DNA of 64,000 nt from a virus: IMG/VR virus record IMGVR_UViG_3300020048_000136. The stretch is one strand, 5' to 3'. Under the pieces are notes generated by a model that was not told where the DNA came from, ran no database searches, and saw only the letters and a program-made list of their open reading frames with translations. A program made the translations under genes and the position numbers. Position 1 is the first letter of the stretch. Every line of letters starts with the position of its first letter. Shown here in pieces: positions 40,561 to 50,825 of the stretch.

Positions 40561-40600
40561 GGGATGTGGTGTCTTCAAAGACACTACTCCCTTCTTTTTT
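40561..40600 (+). terminator. rho-independent terminator after the capsid gene (embeds TGTCTTCAAAGACA)
   Basis: GGGA-tgt-GGTGTCTT-ca-AAGACAC-tac-TCCC followed by TTCTTTTTT. Confidence 0.75.
40570..40583. repeat. palindrome TGTCTTCAAAGACA (capsid terminator)
   Basis: Exact match. Confidence 0.95.
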
Positions 40601-40624
40601 AAAATCTAATCTAATCTGAATCAA

Positions 40625-41377
40625 ATGAATGCTCAACAGCCACAATCAGACGTAGTCTATCGACTAACATCAAATGCAGCGCCACTTTCGTATATGCTGC
40701 CAACACGTAATACAAAGAGGTATCCTCTACTGTGGTACGATGAAAAAAATAATGTTAATAGGTCATTGCGATATGCAAGAAATCAGAAGTCCCCATTTGA
40801 AGATGAGCAGGACGGGAATGCTATCCTTGAACCTATCATATTTGAGAACGGATTCTTAACCGTTCCGAGAACAAACCCCGCCTTACAAAAATTCCTTTAT
40901 TACCATCCGCTCAACGGAATCGTTTTCAACGAGGTCGATGAAGAAAAAGAAGCTAAAATTTCTCTTGACTCCATGAACCTTGAGGTTGATGCCTTAATTG
41001 AGGCTCGGAAGTTAAGTGTTGAACAACTTGAGATGGTTGCAAGGGTTCTATTCGGGAAAGACCCATCATTGGTTACCACATCCGAACTCAGGAGAGATAC
41101 ACTTATATTCGCCAAAAGAGAACCTGCTGCGCTACTCAATATCCTTTCTGACCCTACATTACAGTTACAATCAAAGACTCAGTCACTATTTGATAATAAG
41201 TTGCTTGCATTCAGAAATAACCAAAAGGAGGTATGGATTAATACAACAGCTAATAAGCGTAAACTTCTTATTGTCCCATTTGGCGATGACCCAATGGTAG
41301 CTGTATCCGCATACCTTCAAACAGATGAGGGAATAGAGGTTCTAAAGGTCTTGGAACGGATATCGGAGACAGTATAA
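40625..41377 (+). CDS. hypothetical virion-module protein (250 aa)
   Basis: Track ORF flanked by terminators. Confidence 0.55.
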   Translation: MNAQQPQSDVVYRLTSNAAPLSYMLPTRNTKRYPLLWYDEKNNVNRSLRYARNQKSPFEDEQDGNAILEPIIFENGFLTVPRTNPALQKFLYYHPLNGIVFNEVDEEKEAKISLDSMNLEVDALIEARKLSVEQLEMVARVLFGKDPSLVTTSELRRDTLIFAKREPAALLNILSDPTLQLQSKTQSLFDNKLLAFRNNQKEVWINTTANKRKLLIVPFGDDPMVAVSAYLQTDEGIEVLKVLERISETV

Positions 41378-41405
41378 TGCTAATCTAATCAACTATAATT
41401 GAATA

Positions 41406-41437
41406 GGGGATGCAAATTGTATCCCCTTTTCTTTTTT
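41406..41437 (+). terminator. rho-independent terminator
   Basis: GGGGAT-gcaaattgt-ATCCCC followed by TTTTCTTTTTT. Confidence 0.75.
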
Positions 41438-41440
41438 ATT

Positions 41441-41448
41441 TATCTTTG
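41441..41448 (+). promoter_or_regulatory. -7 box TATCTTTG
   Basis: TTATTTATCTTTGTAAAAAAG, ending 14 nt before the ATG at 41463. Confidence 0.55.
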
Positions 41449-41462
41449 TAAAAAAGATTCAG

Positions 41463-42206
41463 ATGATAAACATGGTTAGGAACACAGTACTATCTATACT
41501 GAACAAAAATAATTACGGATACTTATCCCCATCTGACTTCAACTTATTCGCTCAACAAGCTCAAGTTGAAATCTTCGAAAATTATTTTTCTGAGTATAAT
41601 AATGCTATAAATAAAGAGAATGCTCGCTTATCGGGGACTGATTTTGCAGACCTAAAGCAGAAGGTACAAGAGGATATTGAAGCCTTTTATGTTACAAAGA
41701 ATCTTACTCAATTTCTTGATAATCAATTCTATCTACCATCGATATCAACGACAGGAGATGAGTTTATTCGTATCATAAAAGTATTGTGCTATATTGCAGG
41801 AGTTCCACGCATTTTCAAAGGAGAAGCCGAGAAGGTAAATCAGAGGTATATTACTATGCTTGTAAATTCCAATACAACTAAACCTACTGTTGCATTCCCA
41901 TCATATGTAATTTCAGAAGATAAGTTAACTGTATATCCTGAAGGAACATTCAATGCTCCTACATCTGTAGAATGTCAATATATAAGATACCCTAAGATAC
42001 CAAAGTGGACTTACGTATCTCTATTTAATGGCTCACCTATGTTTGACCAAACACAGTCAGACTACCAAGACTTTGAACTTCCTCAAGAAGATGCGCCAAA
42101 GCTTATTACGAAGATTCTTCAGTACGCAGGAGTATCTATAAGGGAGTCAGAGGTAATTAATTTCGCTCAGGTAGAAGAGCAAAAAGATAAACAACAACAA
42201 GCATAA
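41463..42206 (+). CDS. hypothetical virion protein (247 aa; head-tail adaptor position)
   Basis: Track ORF; function inferred from gene order only. Confidence 0.5.
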   Translation: MINMVRNTVLSILNKNNYGYLSPSDFNLFAQQAQVEIFENYFSEYNNAINKENARLSGTDFADLKQKVQEDIEAFYVTKNLTQFLDNQFYLPSISTTGDEFIRIIKVLCYIAGVPRIFKGEAEKVNQRYITMLVNSNTTKPTVAFPSYVISEDKLTVYPEGTFNAPTSVECQYIRYPKIPKWTYVSLFNGSPMFDQTQSDYQDFELPQEDAPKLITKILQYAGVSIRESEVINFAQVEEQKDKQQQA

Positions 42207-42209
42207 GCT

Positions 42210-43133
42210 ATGTCATATATCACTCAGTATCAGTACTACGAGAATGGAGGAAGCGCTCCTGAGAATATTAATTGGGGGTCGTACCAATATGTAAGCTTGT
42301 TTGATATCGTTAACAACTTCATGTTAATGCATACAGGTAACCACTCCCTTGTAAACAACGAGGAGCGATATAAGATTCTGTTCCATGCGAAGATGGCTAT
42401 CAAGTATCTTAACTATGATGCGTTTAAAGCTATAAAGGTATTAGAGTTGAACGTTTGTAACGGGTTAAGGTATGTGCTACCATCAGATTATGTGAATTGG
42501 GTACGGATATCATTGTATAAGGATGGTGTATTAAGACCTCTAACGGAGAATATACAAGAGATGTCCTCTTCAGCATACCTACAAGCGCACGATTGCCGTA
42601 TACTTTTTGACATAGATGGGAATGCCCTTGAGCCTGAACACTCCAATCTTGATTATGATAGGATAACGGGTCAGAGCAAGAGCATATACCTCAATGAAAG
42701 TAATCAGTTCAATGGCGCTGAAGGTTGGTTATATGAGGGAAGATGGTTCTTCGACTATACTATTGGGGCAAGATATGGTCTCAATACCGAGACCGCCAAT
42801 GTAAACCCTGTATTCAAGATAGATAAACAAGCAGGAGTTATAAACTTCAGTTCAGATATGGCTGACGAACTCTGTGTCCTTGAGTATGTGTCTGATGGGA
42901 TGGAGAATGGCGATGACTCTAAGGTATGCGTAAACAAGTTGTTTGAGAAGTATGTCTACTCTTATATTAAGCATGAGATTTTATGCGACAAGTTAGGAGT
43001 GCAGGAATACATTGTCACACGGGCAAGGAAAGAAAAGATATCTGAATTGCGTAACTCAAAGATAAGACTTAGCGATATTCACCCATCAAGACTCCTTATG
43101 AACTTACGGGGTATGGATAAGATTATAAAATAG
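42210..43133 (+). CDS. hypothetical virion protein (307 aa; tail tubular A-like position)
   Basis: Track ORF; function inferred from gene order only. Confidence 0.5.
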   Translation: MSYITQYQYYENGGSAPENINWGSYQYVSLFDIVNNFMLMHTGNHSLVNNEERYKILFHAKMAIKYLNYDAFKAIKVLELNVCNGLRYVLPSDYVNWVRISLYKDGVLRPLTENIQEMSSSAYLQAHDCRILFDIDGNALEPEHSNLDYDRITGQSKSIYLNESNQFNGAEGWLYEGRWFFDYTIGARYGLNTETANVNPVFKIDKQAGVINFSSDMADELCVLEYVSDGMENGDDSKVCVNKLFEKYVYSYIKHEILCDKLGVQEYIVTRARKEKISELRNSKIRLSDIHPSRLLMNLRGMDKIIK

Positions 43134-43134
43134 T

Positions 43135-46100
43135 ATGACCAATATAACGAGAACATTCATTACAGGCAGAATGAATAAGGTTGTCGATGACCGCCTTATC
43201 CCCAATGGAGAGTATATTGATGCCCTTAATATTCGTATGGGTTCTGCCGAGAAGTCAGATATAGGAGTGGTATCTAATACTCTTGGGAATACAAAGCTCT
43301 CATTCTTAATGTTTGAGGGAATCCCATTAAGTGATGATGCACGTTGTATTGGTTCTAAAGGTAACGGGAGCAAGGAGACTATCTATTGGTTTGTGCATGA
43401 CCCATCATTCCCTCTTGGGGCTACAGGTAAACTTGACATGGTGGTGTCACTAAACACGACTACATCAATACTGACATACCATCTCATAACAATTGATGAT
43501 GGGGGTGGCATAAACACTACATTGAATTTTAATCCACTATACACAATTACAGGTATTGACTTACTTGATGATATGCTATTTTGGACTGATGACTATAATC
43601 CTCCACGAAAGATAAATATTACAAAAGCGTATCCTATTGGTGGGATAGGGACAGACCCATTAGAGGCTGAGGAAATTCTTGTTATAAAGAAACCGCCTAT
43701 TGAGTCCCCACCTGTACAAGTACTATATACAGGAAATGAAGATAATTTTCTACAGGAACGATTGATATGCTTTGCATATAGGTATCTGTACGAAGATGAT
43801 GAGTACTCTGCTATCTCTCAGTTTAGCGCACCTGCATTTATCCCAAAAGCATTTAATTTTAGTGTAGACAGCTATCTGAATGAGGGGATGGTAAACTATG
43901 GCAATGCAGCTATTATATCATACAATACAGGGAGTAAGTATGTTAAGGGAATAGACATCCTATTTAAGGAAGCGGATAGCAATATTATAAATGTAATAGA
44001 GAAGCTCAACAAGAAGAACATGGGTCTTGTAGATAATACAGTATATACATACTCATTTGCAAATAGCAAGATATTTACCATACTGCCTGACTACGAGTTA
44101 TTAAGACTATTTGATAGTGTTCCATTATTGGCAAAGGCGCAGACAATTATGGGCAACAGAATTATGTTTGGTAACTATGTTGAGGGATATGATTTGATTG
44201 ATAAGTATGGGAATCCTTCAAGGTTAGATTACTTTACAGACCCAATCTCTGAGGAGATAGGCGTAACATCATTCTCAAATACATTTGATGAAGGGAGCTA
44301 TAGTATTGATGGAGTTAAATTAATAACTAACTCAATTATAAGCATTGACCTTACAGGATATGAACTTAAATCTAATTCGTCAATTACAATTGACTTAAGA
44401 TTTGAGCATAGCGATTGGTCAGGTATAGTGCCACCTCCATACCCAACTGATGTAACTGCAAATACAGACTTAACGTTCCCATTTATTTTGCCAAGGGATT
44501 ATTCCTCTGTACATGAAATGGTTACAAGTGATGAGTTCCTATCTGTGGTAGGTACTGTCGCTAACATAAAACCGATGTCACTTGCTTGTAATGGGGGGAC
44601 TTGGACTGACTTCTTTAATTGCAACCTTCCAAATAATCTTGGAGGATTATATAAATCAGATAGTGGAATAGATGGACTTACCCAACCAATAAAGATTACA
44701 TCATCTACATCAAGTAGCATAATAGAGATACAGCTTTTAGCAGCAGTATATGTTGATGACTTAGTTTCTCCGACTGTTACTAAGTATGAATATTATAAAG
44801 CAAACTATGCTAATACGACATTCCAAGAGATTTCAACTCCAAGAAGCCTTCACAGTAATAGGGGATATGAGGTTGCTATCGTATATATGGATGATTTCTT
44901 ACGCTCATCCACAGCATTAGTTAGTTCCGACAATACGGTTTCATTCCCTTGTAGTGCATCTGATACCAAGAACAGTATCCGTGTTACTATACCAACAACG
45001 CAGATTGCGCCTTATTGGGCAACACGATATAAGTTTGTTATAAAGCCCGATGAGCATACGTATGAAACTATATATAGCAACATATTCTTTAATGACCCCA
45101 AAACAAATTCATCATTCTTTTTATTAGATGGTGAAAATTCTCAAAAGGTAGAGAAGGGGGATAGGTTAATTGTAAAGGCTGATACTGAAGGAGCTACTAC
45201 ATCATGTGTGTACGCTACAGTACTTGATAAGGAGGCACAAATAGAGGGGTTTATAGAACCTGTAGATGGGGAAGGTAATGTTATAGTTGTCCCTTCAGGT
45301 GTTTATATGAAGTTAAATGCCAATGACTTTAATACAGTAAAGGGCGATAATGCTATAATAGACCTGCATGAGAAAAGTGCTGTAGCAGATTATGATTCTT
45401 GGTTTTATGAGGGTAGAAATTATCCTATACTTCATTATCCTGTTAGTTTTCTTTCAGGGTCAACTGTAATCCCCATAGCGATACCACAGGGTAGTATTAT
45501 AAAGCTATCATATAAGTTTGAGCGTAAGGGTACAGGTGGTGGTGATAATGCGTGTGAAAGGCGTAACTATACATTAGATAAGACACTTGTCGCATCAGCT
45601 CCATATTTAAGTTTTAAGGCTTGGTGGGATGGGGATAATGTACAGAACATATTAAATACAGGTACTGCTGATATTGGAGGAGGTGAATGCCCTCCCGATA
45701 ACTCATATGATATTACAATAGCAACAAATCCTAATGATATTAATACTTCATTATGCACTAACTATTGGAGATTCTTTGAAGACCCAATAGACGGTCGGAT
45801 GTATCTAATGACTACAGGGACTAAGAGATGTACAGGAGATATACTTATAATAAATGCCAAGAAAAGGAAGTCTTATGTAACGGCTCACATAATTATCTTC
45901 ACTTCAAGCGGAACTGTTATATTTGAAACAGAGCCACAAGATGCATCCCCTGACATATTTTTTGAGAATGAAGAGTCATTTGCTATCTCATCAGATGGAG
46001 AGCATATGGGTAATGTACAGAATCAAGACTTCTTACTTAATCAGAACGGGATAGTAGATACGGGATTCTTTAATTGCTATGCATTTGGCAATGGAACAGA

Positions 46101-47760
46101 GAGTTACAAGATTCGTGACTCAATTGTTGGGAAGGGATTCAACTTTGGAAACCGTGTAACGGCAGTATCTGTCCAAGACTATAAGAGTACAAGGCGATTT
46201 GCAGACATCACATATAGTGGTATATTTAATAACGAGTCTAATGTAAATAAGCTAAATGAGTTCAATGCAGGTCTCTTAAACTATAAGAGGTTAGAAAATT
46301 CATTTGGGTTAATACAGATAATGGATGGACGTGAGACAGATGTCCTTGTAATCCAAGAGGATAAAATATCATATGTTCTTTCGGGTAAGAACTTACTCTC
46401 TGATGCAGCAGCAGGTGGGACTATCACGTCAATCCCCGAGGTATTGGGGACTCAACTTGCACGGATAGAGAACTATGGAATCAGTCACAATCCTGAAAGT
46501 TATGTATCATGGGGATACGATAAGTACTTCACAGATGCAAAGAGGGGTGTTGTCCTACAGTTAAAGGGAGGTTCGTACAATAGCGATAAGCTAACGATTG
46601 TATCTGAATTTGGTATGAGGACATGGTTTCGTGACTTATTCCATGACTCCTTTGATACGCAAAAGCTTGGTGGATATGACCCATATTTAGGAGAGTATGT
46701 ACTATCATCAAATAACATAAAGACTCCGTCATCATTAGATTGCGCTCCTTGCGGAACAAGACTTAGGATGACGATATCTGAGGGGTCTCCATTTACAACG
46801 TGCGTAAACCTTGGGAGTGTTGTTGGTCATGCATTTATTCAGTATACACTTGTATCTGCGGAAAACACATTCCAAATAGATGTCTCCTACAATAGTGTTA
46901 TAACGTCCACAGGAGAGGTTAGTGATTCAGGCTATCTCAATTATGATAAGAACGAGATAGAGGTTCAGGTGGCTTATATAACCATAACTTCGCAAAGTGG
47001 TGATGTAGTATTAGATTTGAATATTGCTTGTGTTGAGCCTAATGAGATAACAATCTTTCAAGTTGTAGTTACAAACTCATATGAAGCCTTTAAATACTCT
47101 CATATTCAGTACAGATTTCAGGATGGGATGTATACGTCTCCCATACAGTCTACGCTAATACAGTTTGCAGCAGGGTCTACTAACCCTCTTGTCACGTATT
47201 GGTTGGCTACATTAGGATTTCAAGGGTTTGGGGCTTTCCCTACCAATGGTAGTACTGTCAGCATAATATCCAATAAATATGGATTCGATAACTTTATATT
47301 TGACCCATTAAAGTATAAGTTTAGGTACTTAAGGACTGATACATTCTATGGAGAGACTCCCCCTGAAGTTGCAGATTTAATTGCTGCATCATCACTTGCC
47401 ACCCCAAATGTAACAGATAGCCCTAATCAGTACCATGCTACATTCGTTATGCCTTCAACAGGAGATAACCTATATCTTATATGGGACTTAAGAGATGCTG
47501 TTCTTACCAATCTTTGCAGGTCTACAGAGAGTATATTAGATGTATGTTGCTCTTGCTGTAATGAGCCATGTAATAAGTGGTCAATAGAGAATACAATAGG
47601 GGCAGCGCTATCATTTACGTATGCCGATTGTGGGGGAGAGATAGCCACAGGTGAAATAAATCCATACGATACTATCATGATTTGCTCTATGGTAGAACCA
47701 CACATAAACACAGGTGTAGGCATAGTAACATTCGCAGAGTGCGGATGCGGAGGGGATTAA
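43135..47760 (+). CDS. large tail structural protein (1541 aa; tail tubular B / nozzle-like position) with a Cys-rich C-terminus
   Basis: Track ORF. C-terminal cluster CRSTESILDVCCSCCNEPCNKW...ECGCGG. Confidence 0.5.
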   Translation: MTNITRTFITGRMNKVVDDRLIPNGEYIDALNIRMGSAEKSDIGVVSNTLGNTKLSFLMFEGIPLSDDARCIGSKGNGSKETIYWFVHDPSFPLGATGKLDMVVSLNTTTSILTYHLITIDDGGGINTTLNFNPLYTITGIDLLDDMLFWTDDYNPPRKINITKAYPIGGIGTDPLEAEEILVIKKPPIESPPVQVLYTGNEDNFLQERLICFAYRYLYEDDEYSAISQFSAPAFIPKAFNFSVDSYLNEGMVNYGNAAIISYNTGSKYVKGIDILFKEADSNIINVIEKLNKKNMGLVDNTVYTYSFANSKIFTILPDYELLRLFDSVPLLAKAQTIMGNRIMFGNYVEGYDLIDKYGNPSRLDYFTDPISEEIGVTSFSNTFDEGSYSIDGVKLITNSIISIDLTGYELKSNSSITIDLRFEHSDWSGIVPPPYPTDVTANTDLTFPFILPRDYSSVHEMVTSDEFLSVVGTVANIKPMSLACNGGTWTDFFNCNLPNNLGGLYKSDSGIDGLTQPIKITSSTSSSIIEIQLLAAVYVDDLVSPTVTKYEYYKANYANTTFQEISTPRSLHSNRGYEVAIVYMDDFLRSSTALVSSDNTVSFPCSASDTKNSIRVTIPTTQIAPYWATRYKFVIKPDEHTYETIYSNIFFNDPKTNSSFFLLDGENSQKVEKGDRLIVKADTEGATTSCVYATVLDKEAQIEGFIEPVDGEGNVIVVPSGVYMKLNANDFNTVKGDNAIIDLHEKSAVADYDSWFYEGRNYPILHYPVSFLSGSTVIPIAIPQGSIIKLSYKFERKGTGGGDNACERRNYTLDKTLVASAPYLSFKAWWDGDNVQNILNTGTADIGGGECPPDNSYDITIATNPNDINTSLCTNYWRFFEDPIDGRMYLMTTGTKRCTGDILIINAKKRKSYVTAHIIIFTSSGTVIFETEPQDASPDIFFENEESFAISSDGEHMGNVQNQDFLLNQNGIVDTGFFNCYAFGNGTESYKIRDSIVGKGFNFGNRVTAVSVQDYKSTRRFADITYSGIFNNESNVNKLNEFNAGLLNYKRLENSFGLIQIMDGRETDVLVIQEDKISYVLSGKNLLSDAAAGGTITSIPEVLGTQLARIENYGISHNPESYVSWGYDKYFTDAKRGVVLQLKGGSYNSDKLTIVSEFGMRTWFRDLFHDSFDTQKLGGYDPYLGEYVLSSNNIKTPSSLDCAPCGTRLRMTISEGSPFTTCVNLGSVVGHAFIQYTLVSAENTFQIDVSYNSVITSTGEVSDSGYLNYDKNEIEVQVAYITITSQSGDVVLDLNIACVEPNEITIFQVVVTNSYEAFKYSHIQYRFQDGMYTSPIQSTLIQFAAGSTNPLVTYWLATLGFQGFGAFPTNGSTVSIISNKYGFDNFIFDPLKYKFRYLRTDTFYGETPPEVADLIAASSLATPNVTDSPNQYHATFVMPSTGDNLYLIWDLRDAVLTNLCRSTESILDVCCSCCNEPCNKWSIENTIGAALSFTYADCGGEIATGEINPYDTIMICSMVEPHINTGVGIVTFAECGCGGD

Positions 47761-47792
47761 AAAGCTAAAAGCATAAATTAAACAATAAAACT

Positions 47793-48710
47793 ATGGCATT
47801 CCACGGATTATATTATCTAAATGCACCAACACTACTTCAAGCAACAGCAGTATTTTATGATGTTGAGCTAACGTTATACGCCCCCGATGGGTTCTATTCT
47901 GATAGCACTATAGCAAGGGAGCAGGTAAGTGGACATCTTCTTGCCCCTAATGCTTGCCCTTCATGCTCTCCCCCATGTGGAGGGACTATAAGCGTAACGG
48001 GGAATGAAGGGGTATACCTTATGAATATAAACACGGGTAATTCAACGGGAGCTATAATAATTAGATTTGACCCATTTAGCATTCCCGATGGGATAATGGC
48101 TACATATAATGGTTCAATTTATAATAAACTTAGTTCCCCGTCATATGGATTATTGACGAGTACAGTAATAAATTCACCTACATATATTGGCAAGGTATCG
48201 GGGGATTGTGGATTAGCAGGCAATTCGTTTATTCTGAATGAGTACAATTATAACGGGTCATCATTTGTCCCTACGGGTAATACACAGTCTATACCTATAT
48301 TGCTGAATCAAGTAAAGACAACTGCTGATATACCACACCAATCAGTAATGGTAATCCCAAAATTTAACACATATCCTGAGGATATACTTGTTACAATTAT
48401 TGGAGCTTGCCCATCTACAGCATTTGATATAGAGATATCATGCCCTACATTGCTTACGCAATTTGTTGGAAGCCTAAGATATAATTTAAACTCGGAGGCT
48501 TGTGCTGCCGAGGATAATGAGGCTGTATACTACAATGTACCTGTTAATGGGTCGTTTGGTACTGTAGGGTTATATGACTTTGTATTTCATGATAGGTATG
48601 GTATAAATAAATTATCAGCAGGATGGTATAAGGTTGGAATTTACCCATTATATTATAGATTTAACGTTGATAATAATGGAATCGTTGTCGCATTAGAGGT
48701 TTGCCCTTAA
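47793..48710 (+). CDS. hypothetical virion protein (305 aa)
   Basis: Track ORF. Contains a CPSCSPPCGG motif. Confidence 0.55.
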   Translation: MAFHGLYYLNAPTLLQATAVFYDVELTLYAPDGFYSDSTIAREQVSGHLLAPNACPSCSPPCGGTISVTGNEGVYLMNINTGNSTGAIIIRFDPFSIPDGIMATYNGSIYNKLSSPSYGLLTSTVINSPTYIGKVSGDCGLAGNSFILNEYNYNGSSFVPTGNTQSIPILLNQVKTTADIPHQSVMVIPKFNTYPEDILVTIIGACPSTAFDIEISCPTLLTQFVGSLRYNLNSEACAAEDNEAVYYNVPVNGSFGTVGLYDFVFHDRYGINKLSAGWYKVGIYPLYYRFNVDNNGIVVALEVCP

Positions 48711-48720
48711 CAATAAGAAT

Positions 48721-49515
48721 ATGGAATATACACTAACATTTAGCGAGGGAGCGCAAGGATGGGCTTCATTTTATTCTTACATCCCCGATTGGATGATTGG
48801 GATGAATAATAATTTCTACTCATTTAATAATGGCAACCTGTACAAGCATAACTCACATCCAATCCGTAATAACTTTTATGGACAGCAATACACATCAAAG
48901 ATTCGTAGCGTGTTTAATGATGAGCCTCTTGTAAACAAACTCTTTAAGGCATTAAACTTAGAGGGAGATGCTGCATGGGGAGCATCATTGACTACTGACA
49001 TACAGAACACGGGGTACATTGATGAGGCATGGTTTGAGAAGAAGGAGCAGTCGTTCTTTGCATTTGTAAGAAACTCAGGTTCAATCCCTGCATCATCAGA
49101 TGAGTATGTGTTAAGGTCGATAAATGGTATCGGAAGGGGAGAGTCATTAGTTACGTTACTTCCTTCGTTGGTAGAGGTAAACTTCTCCATATCACCACTT
49201 GTATCAATAGGAAACATCATAAGCTGTGGGGATACTCTTTATTACGCTATTCCCCCATATACTACTCCTATCTATGCAGGGGAGGTTTATCTCGTTACAG
49301 TAGATATTCCTAATGGCATAAATAAGATTACCGTTCAGAACCTACCACTTGTAACTATACCAATTGGAGATGCCTACTTTATGTTCGTAAAGAACTCGGT
49401 TGCTGAATCGCATGGGGTATTAGGACACTACTGTGTATTTGAATTGGAGAATGACTCAACATCACATATAGAGCTGTTTGCAGTAGAATCATCCGTTATG
49501 AAAAGTTATCCGTAA
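48721..49515 (+). CDS. hypothetical virion protein (264 aa)
   Basis: Track ORF. Confidence 0.55.
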   Translation: MEYTLTFSEGAQGWASFYSYIPDWMIGMNNNFYSFNNGNLYKHNSHPIRNNFYGQQYTSKIRSVFNDEPLVNKLFKALNLEGDAAWGASLTTDIQNTGYIDEAWFEKKEQSFFAFVRNSGSIPASSDEYVLRSINGIGRGESLVTLLPSLVEVNFSISPLVSIGNIISCGDTLYYAIPPYTTPIYAGEVYLVTVDIPNGINKITVQNLPLVTIPIGDAYFMFVKNSVAESHGVLGHYCVFELENDSTSHIELFAVESSVMKSYP

Positions 49516-49523
49516 AAAATTAA

Positions 49524-49531
49524 TATCTTTG
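49524..49531 (+). promoter_or_regulatory. -7 box TATCTTTG only 7 nt before the GNAT start (near-leaderless)
   Basis: TTAATATCTTTGTACCACCATG. Confidence 0.5.
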
Positions 49532-49538
49532 TACCACC

Positions 49539-49949
49539 ATGGACTTTGAAATTAGACCACTCGTAGAAACTGATTATGATGCTATCCTTGTCGGGTGGTG
49601 GGCTGATTGGGGCATGAAAGCCCCTATAAGGGATATACTTCCTGAAAATGGTAGTGGAGGAGTCATGGTACTTGATGGGGAAACACCTGTCTGTGCAGGG
49701 TTCTTATACGCTAACAATTCTAATACAGCGTGGATAAATTGGATAGTATCAAACAAAGGGTACAATAAAAAGCCCGAAAGACGGGATGCATTAAGTATTC
49801 TAATTGATACACTTACTAATATAAGCAGGAACTTAGGGTATAAATATGCATATGCGTTGATAAGCAATAACTCCCTAAGCAACATTCTTATCAACTTAGG
49901 ATTTATAGAAGGAATCACATATAACTCAGAACATTTTAAGAAACTATAA
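49539..49949 (+). CDS. GNAT-family N-acetyltransferase-like protein
   Basis: 136 aa. The pattern VCAGFLY...WINWIVSN...RRDALSILIDTL...LGYKYAYALI...LGFIEG is compatible with the GNAT fold. Confidence 0.5.
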   Translation: MDFEIRPLVETDYDAILVGWWADWGMKAPIRDILPENGSGGVMVLDGETPVCAGFLYANNSNTAWINWIVSNKGYNKKPERRDALSILIDTLTNISRNLGYKYAYALISNNSLSNILINLGFIEGITYNSEHFKKL

Positions 49950-49950
49950 T

Positions 49951-50742
49951 ATGGCAATTGGGACAGTATTAGCTGTGGCAGGATTAGCAATGTCAGCAGC
50001 AACAACGACAACATCATTTATCCAAGCAGGTAAGCAGAGGAATCTTCAACTTGCTGCTGAGCATGATGCTGAGATGGCAATGAAGGAGGCAAGAAAGAAA
50101 CTTGACGTAAACTTCTATAAGCAGTTAGCTATTGCTAAAGAGCCATACGACTTAGAGAGGCAAGCGTTATTAGCAGCAGGAGCGCAGGCAACCGAGGCAG
50201 GTCGTGAGTCTGAGCGTGGTGCTGCATCTACGGCAGGTCGTATTCAGATGGCTGAGCAGGAAGGTCAAGGTCAGATTCGTTCAGCTATGACAAAAGAGCA
50301 AGATGCATTGAATAAACAGGTAGTGGCAGAAGACAGTAGGTTACGTGACATAAATGTTCAGTTGGACTTAGAGACAGTTGCAGGAGCGCAACAAGCTGCT
50401 GCACAAGCTGCTGAGGCACAGCAAGCTGACCTTACACAAGGATTCCAAGGGCTTACTAATATGGCACAGCAGGGGGTTGGAATGTTGCCATTGTATATGA
50501 AGGATGCTACTGCTCGTCAAGTATCTAAGTTTCAAAAACAGTTTGATGCTACCAATAAGACAGTCGGTAAAACATTAGGAGATGTTCTTGTTGGAACGAG
50601 TTTACCCGCAGGGTATGTAGGAGACATTAAGTCAGGGAATACAAGTGATTGGCTAATGAAGCAATCTCCTGAATATCTAAAATTACTTTATGGAACGGTA
50701 TTCCCTAATATTACAACAGAAGTTACTACACCGACCCCCTAA
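49951..50742 (+). CDS. internal virion/ejection protein candidate (263 aa)
   Basis: N-terminal TM segment AIGTVLAVAGLAMSAA followed by an Ala/Gln/Glu-rich coiled coil. Confidence 0.45.
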   Translation: MAIGTVLAVAGLAMSAATTTTSFIQAGKQRNLQLAAEHDAEMAMKEARKKLDVNFYKQLAIAKEPYDLERQALLAAGAQATEAGRESERGAASTAGRIQMAEQEGQGQIRSAMTKEQDALNKQVVAEDSRLRDINVQLDLETVAGAQQAAAQAAEAQQADLTQGFQGLTNMAQQGVGMLPLYMKDATARQVSKFQKQFDATNKTVGKTLGDVLVGTSLPAGYVGDIKSGNTSDWLMKQSPEYLKLLYGTVFPNITTEVTTPTP

Positions 50743-50795
50743 TATGGTGTTACCGCAGTTAAGGCTAAGCTTTGGGAGTAGAATAGTTACGACAA

Positions 50796-50803
50796 TACAT
50801 TTG
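50796..50803 (+). promoter_or_regulatory. -7 box TACATTTG
   Basis: Ends 22 nt before the ATG at 50826. Confidence 0.45.
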
Positions 50804-50825
50804 GGAAATAATAAACGATACTACG

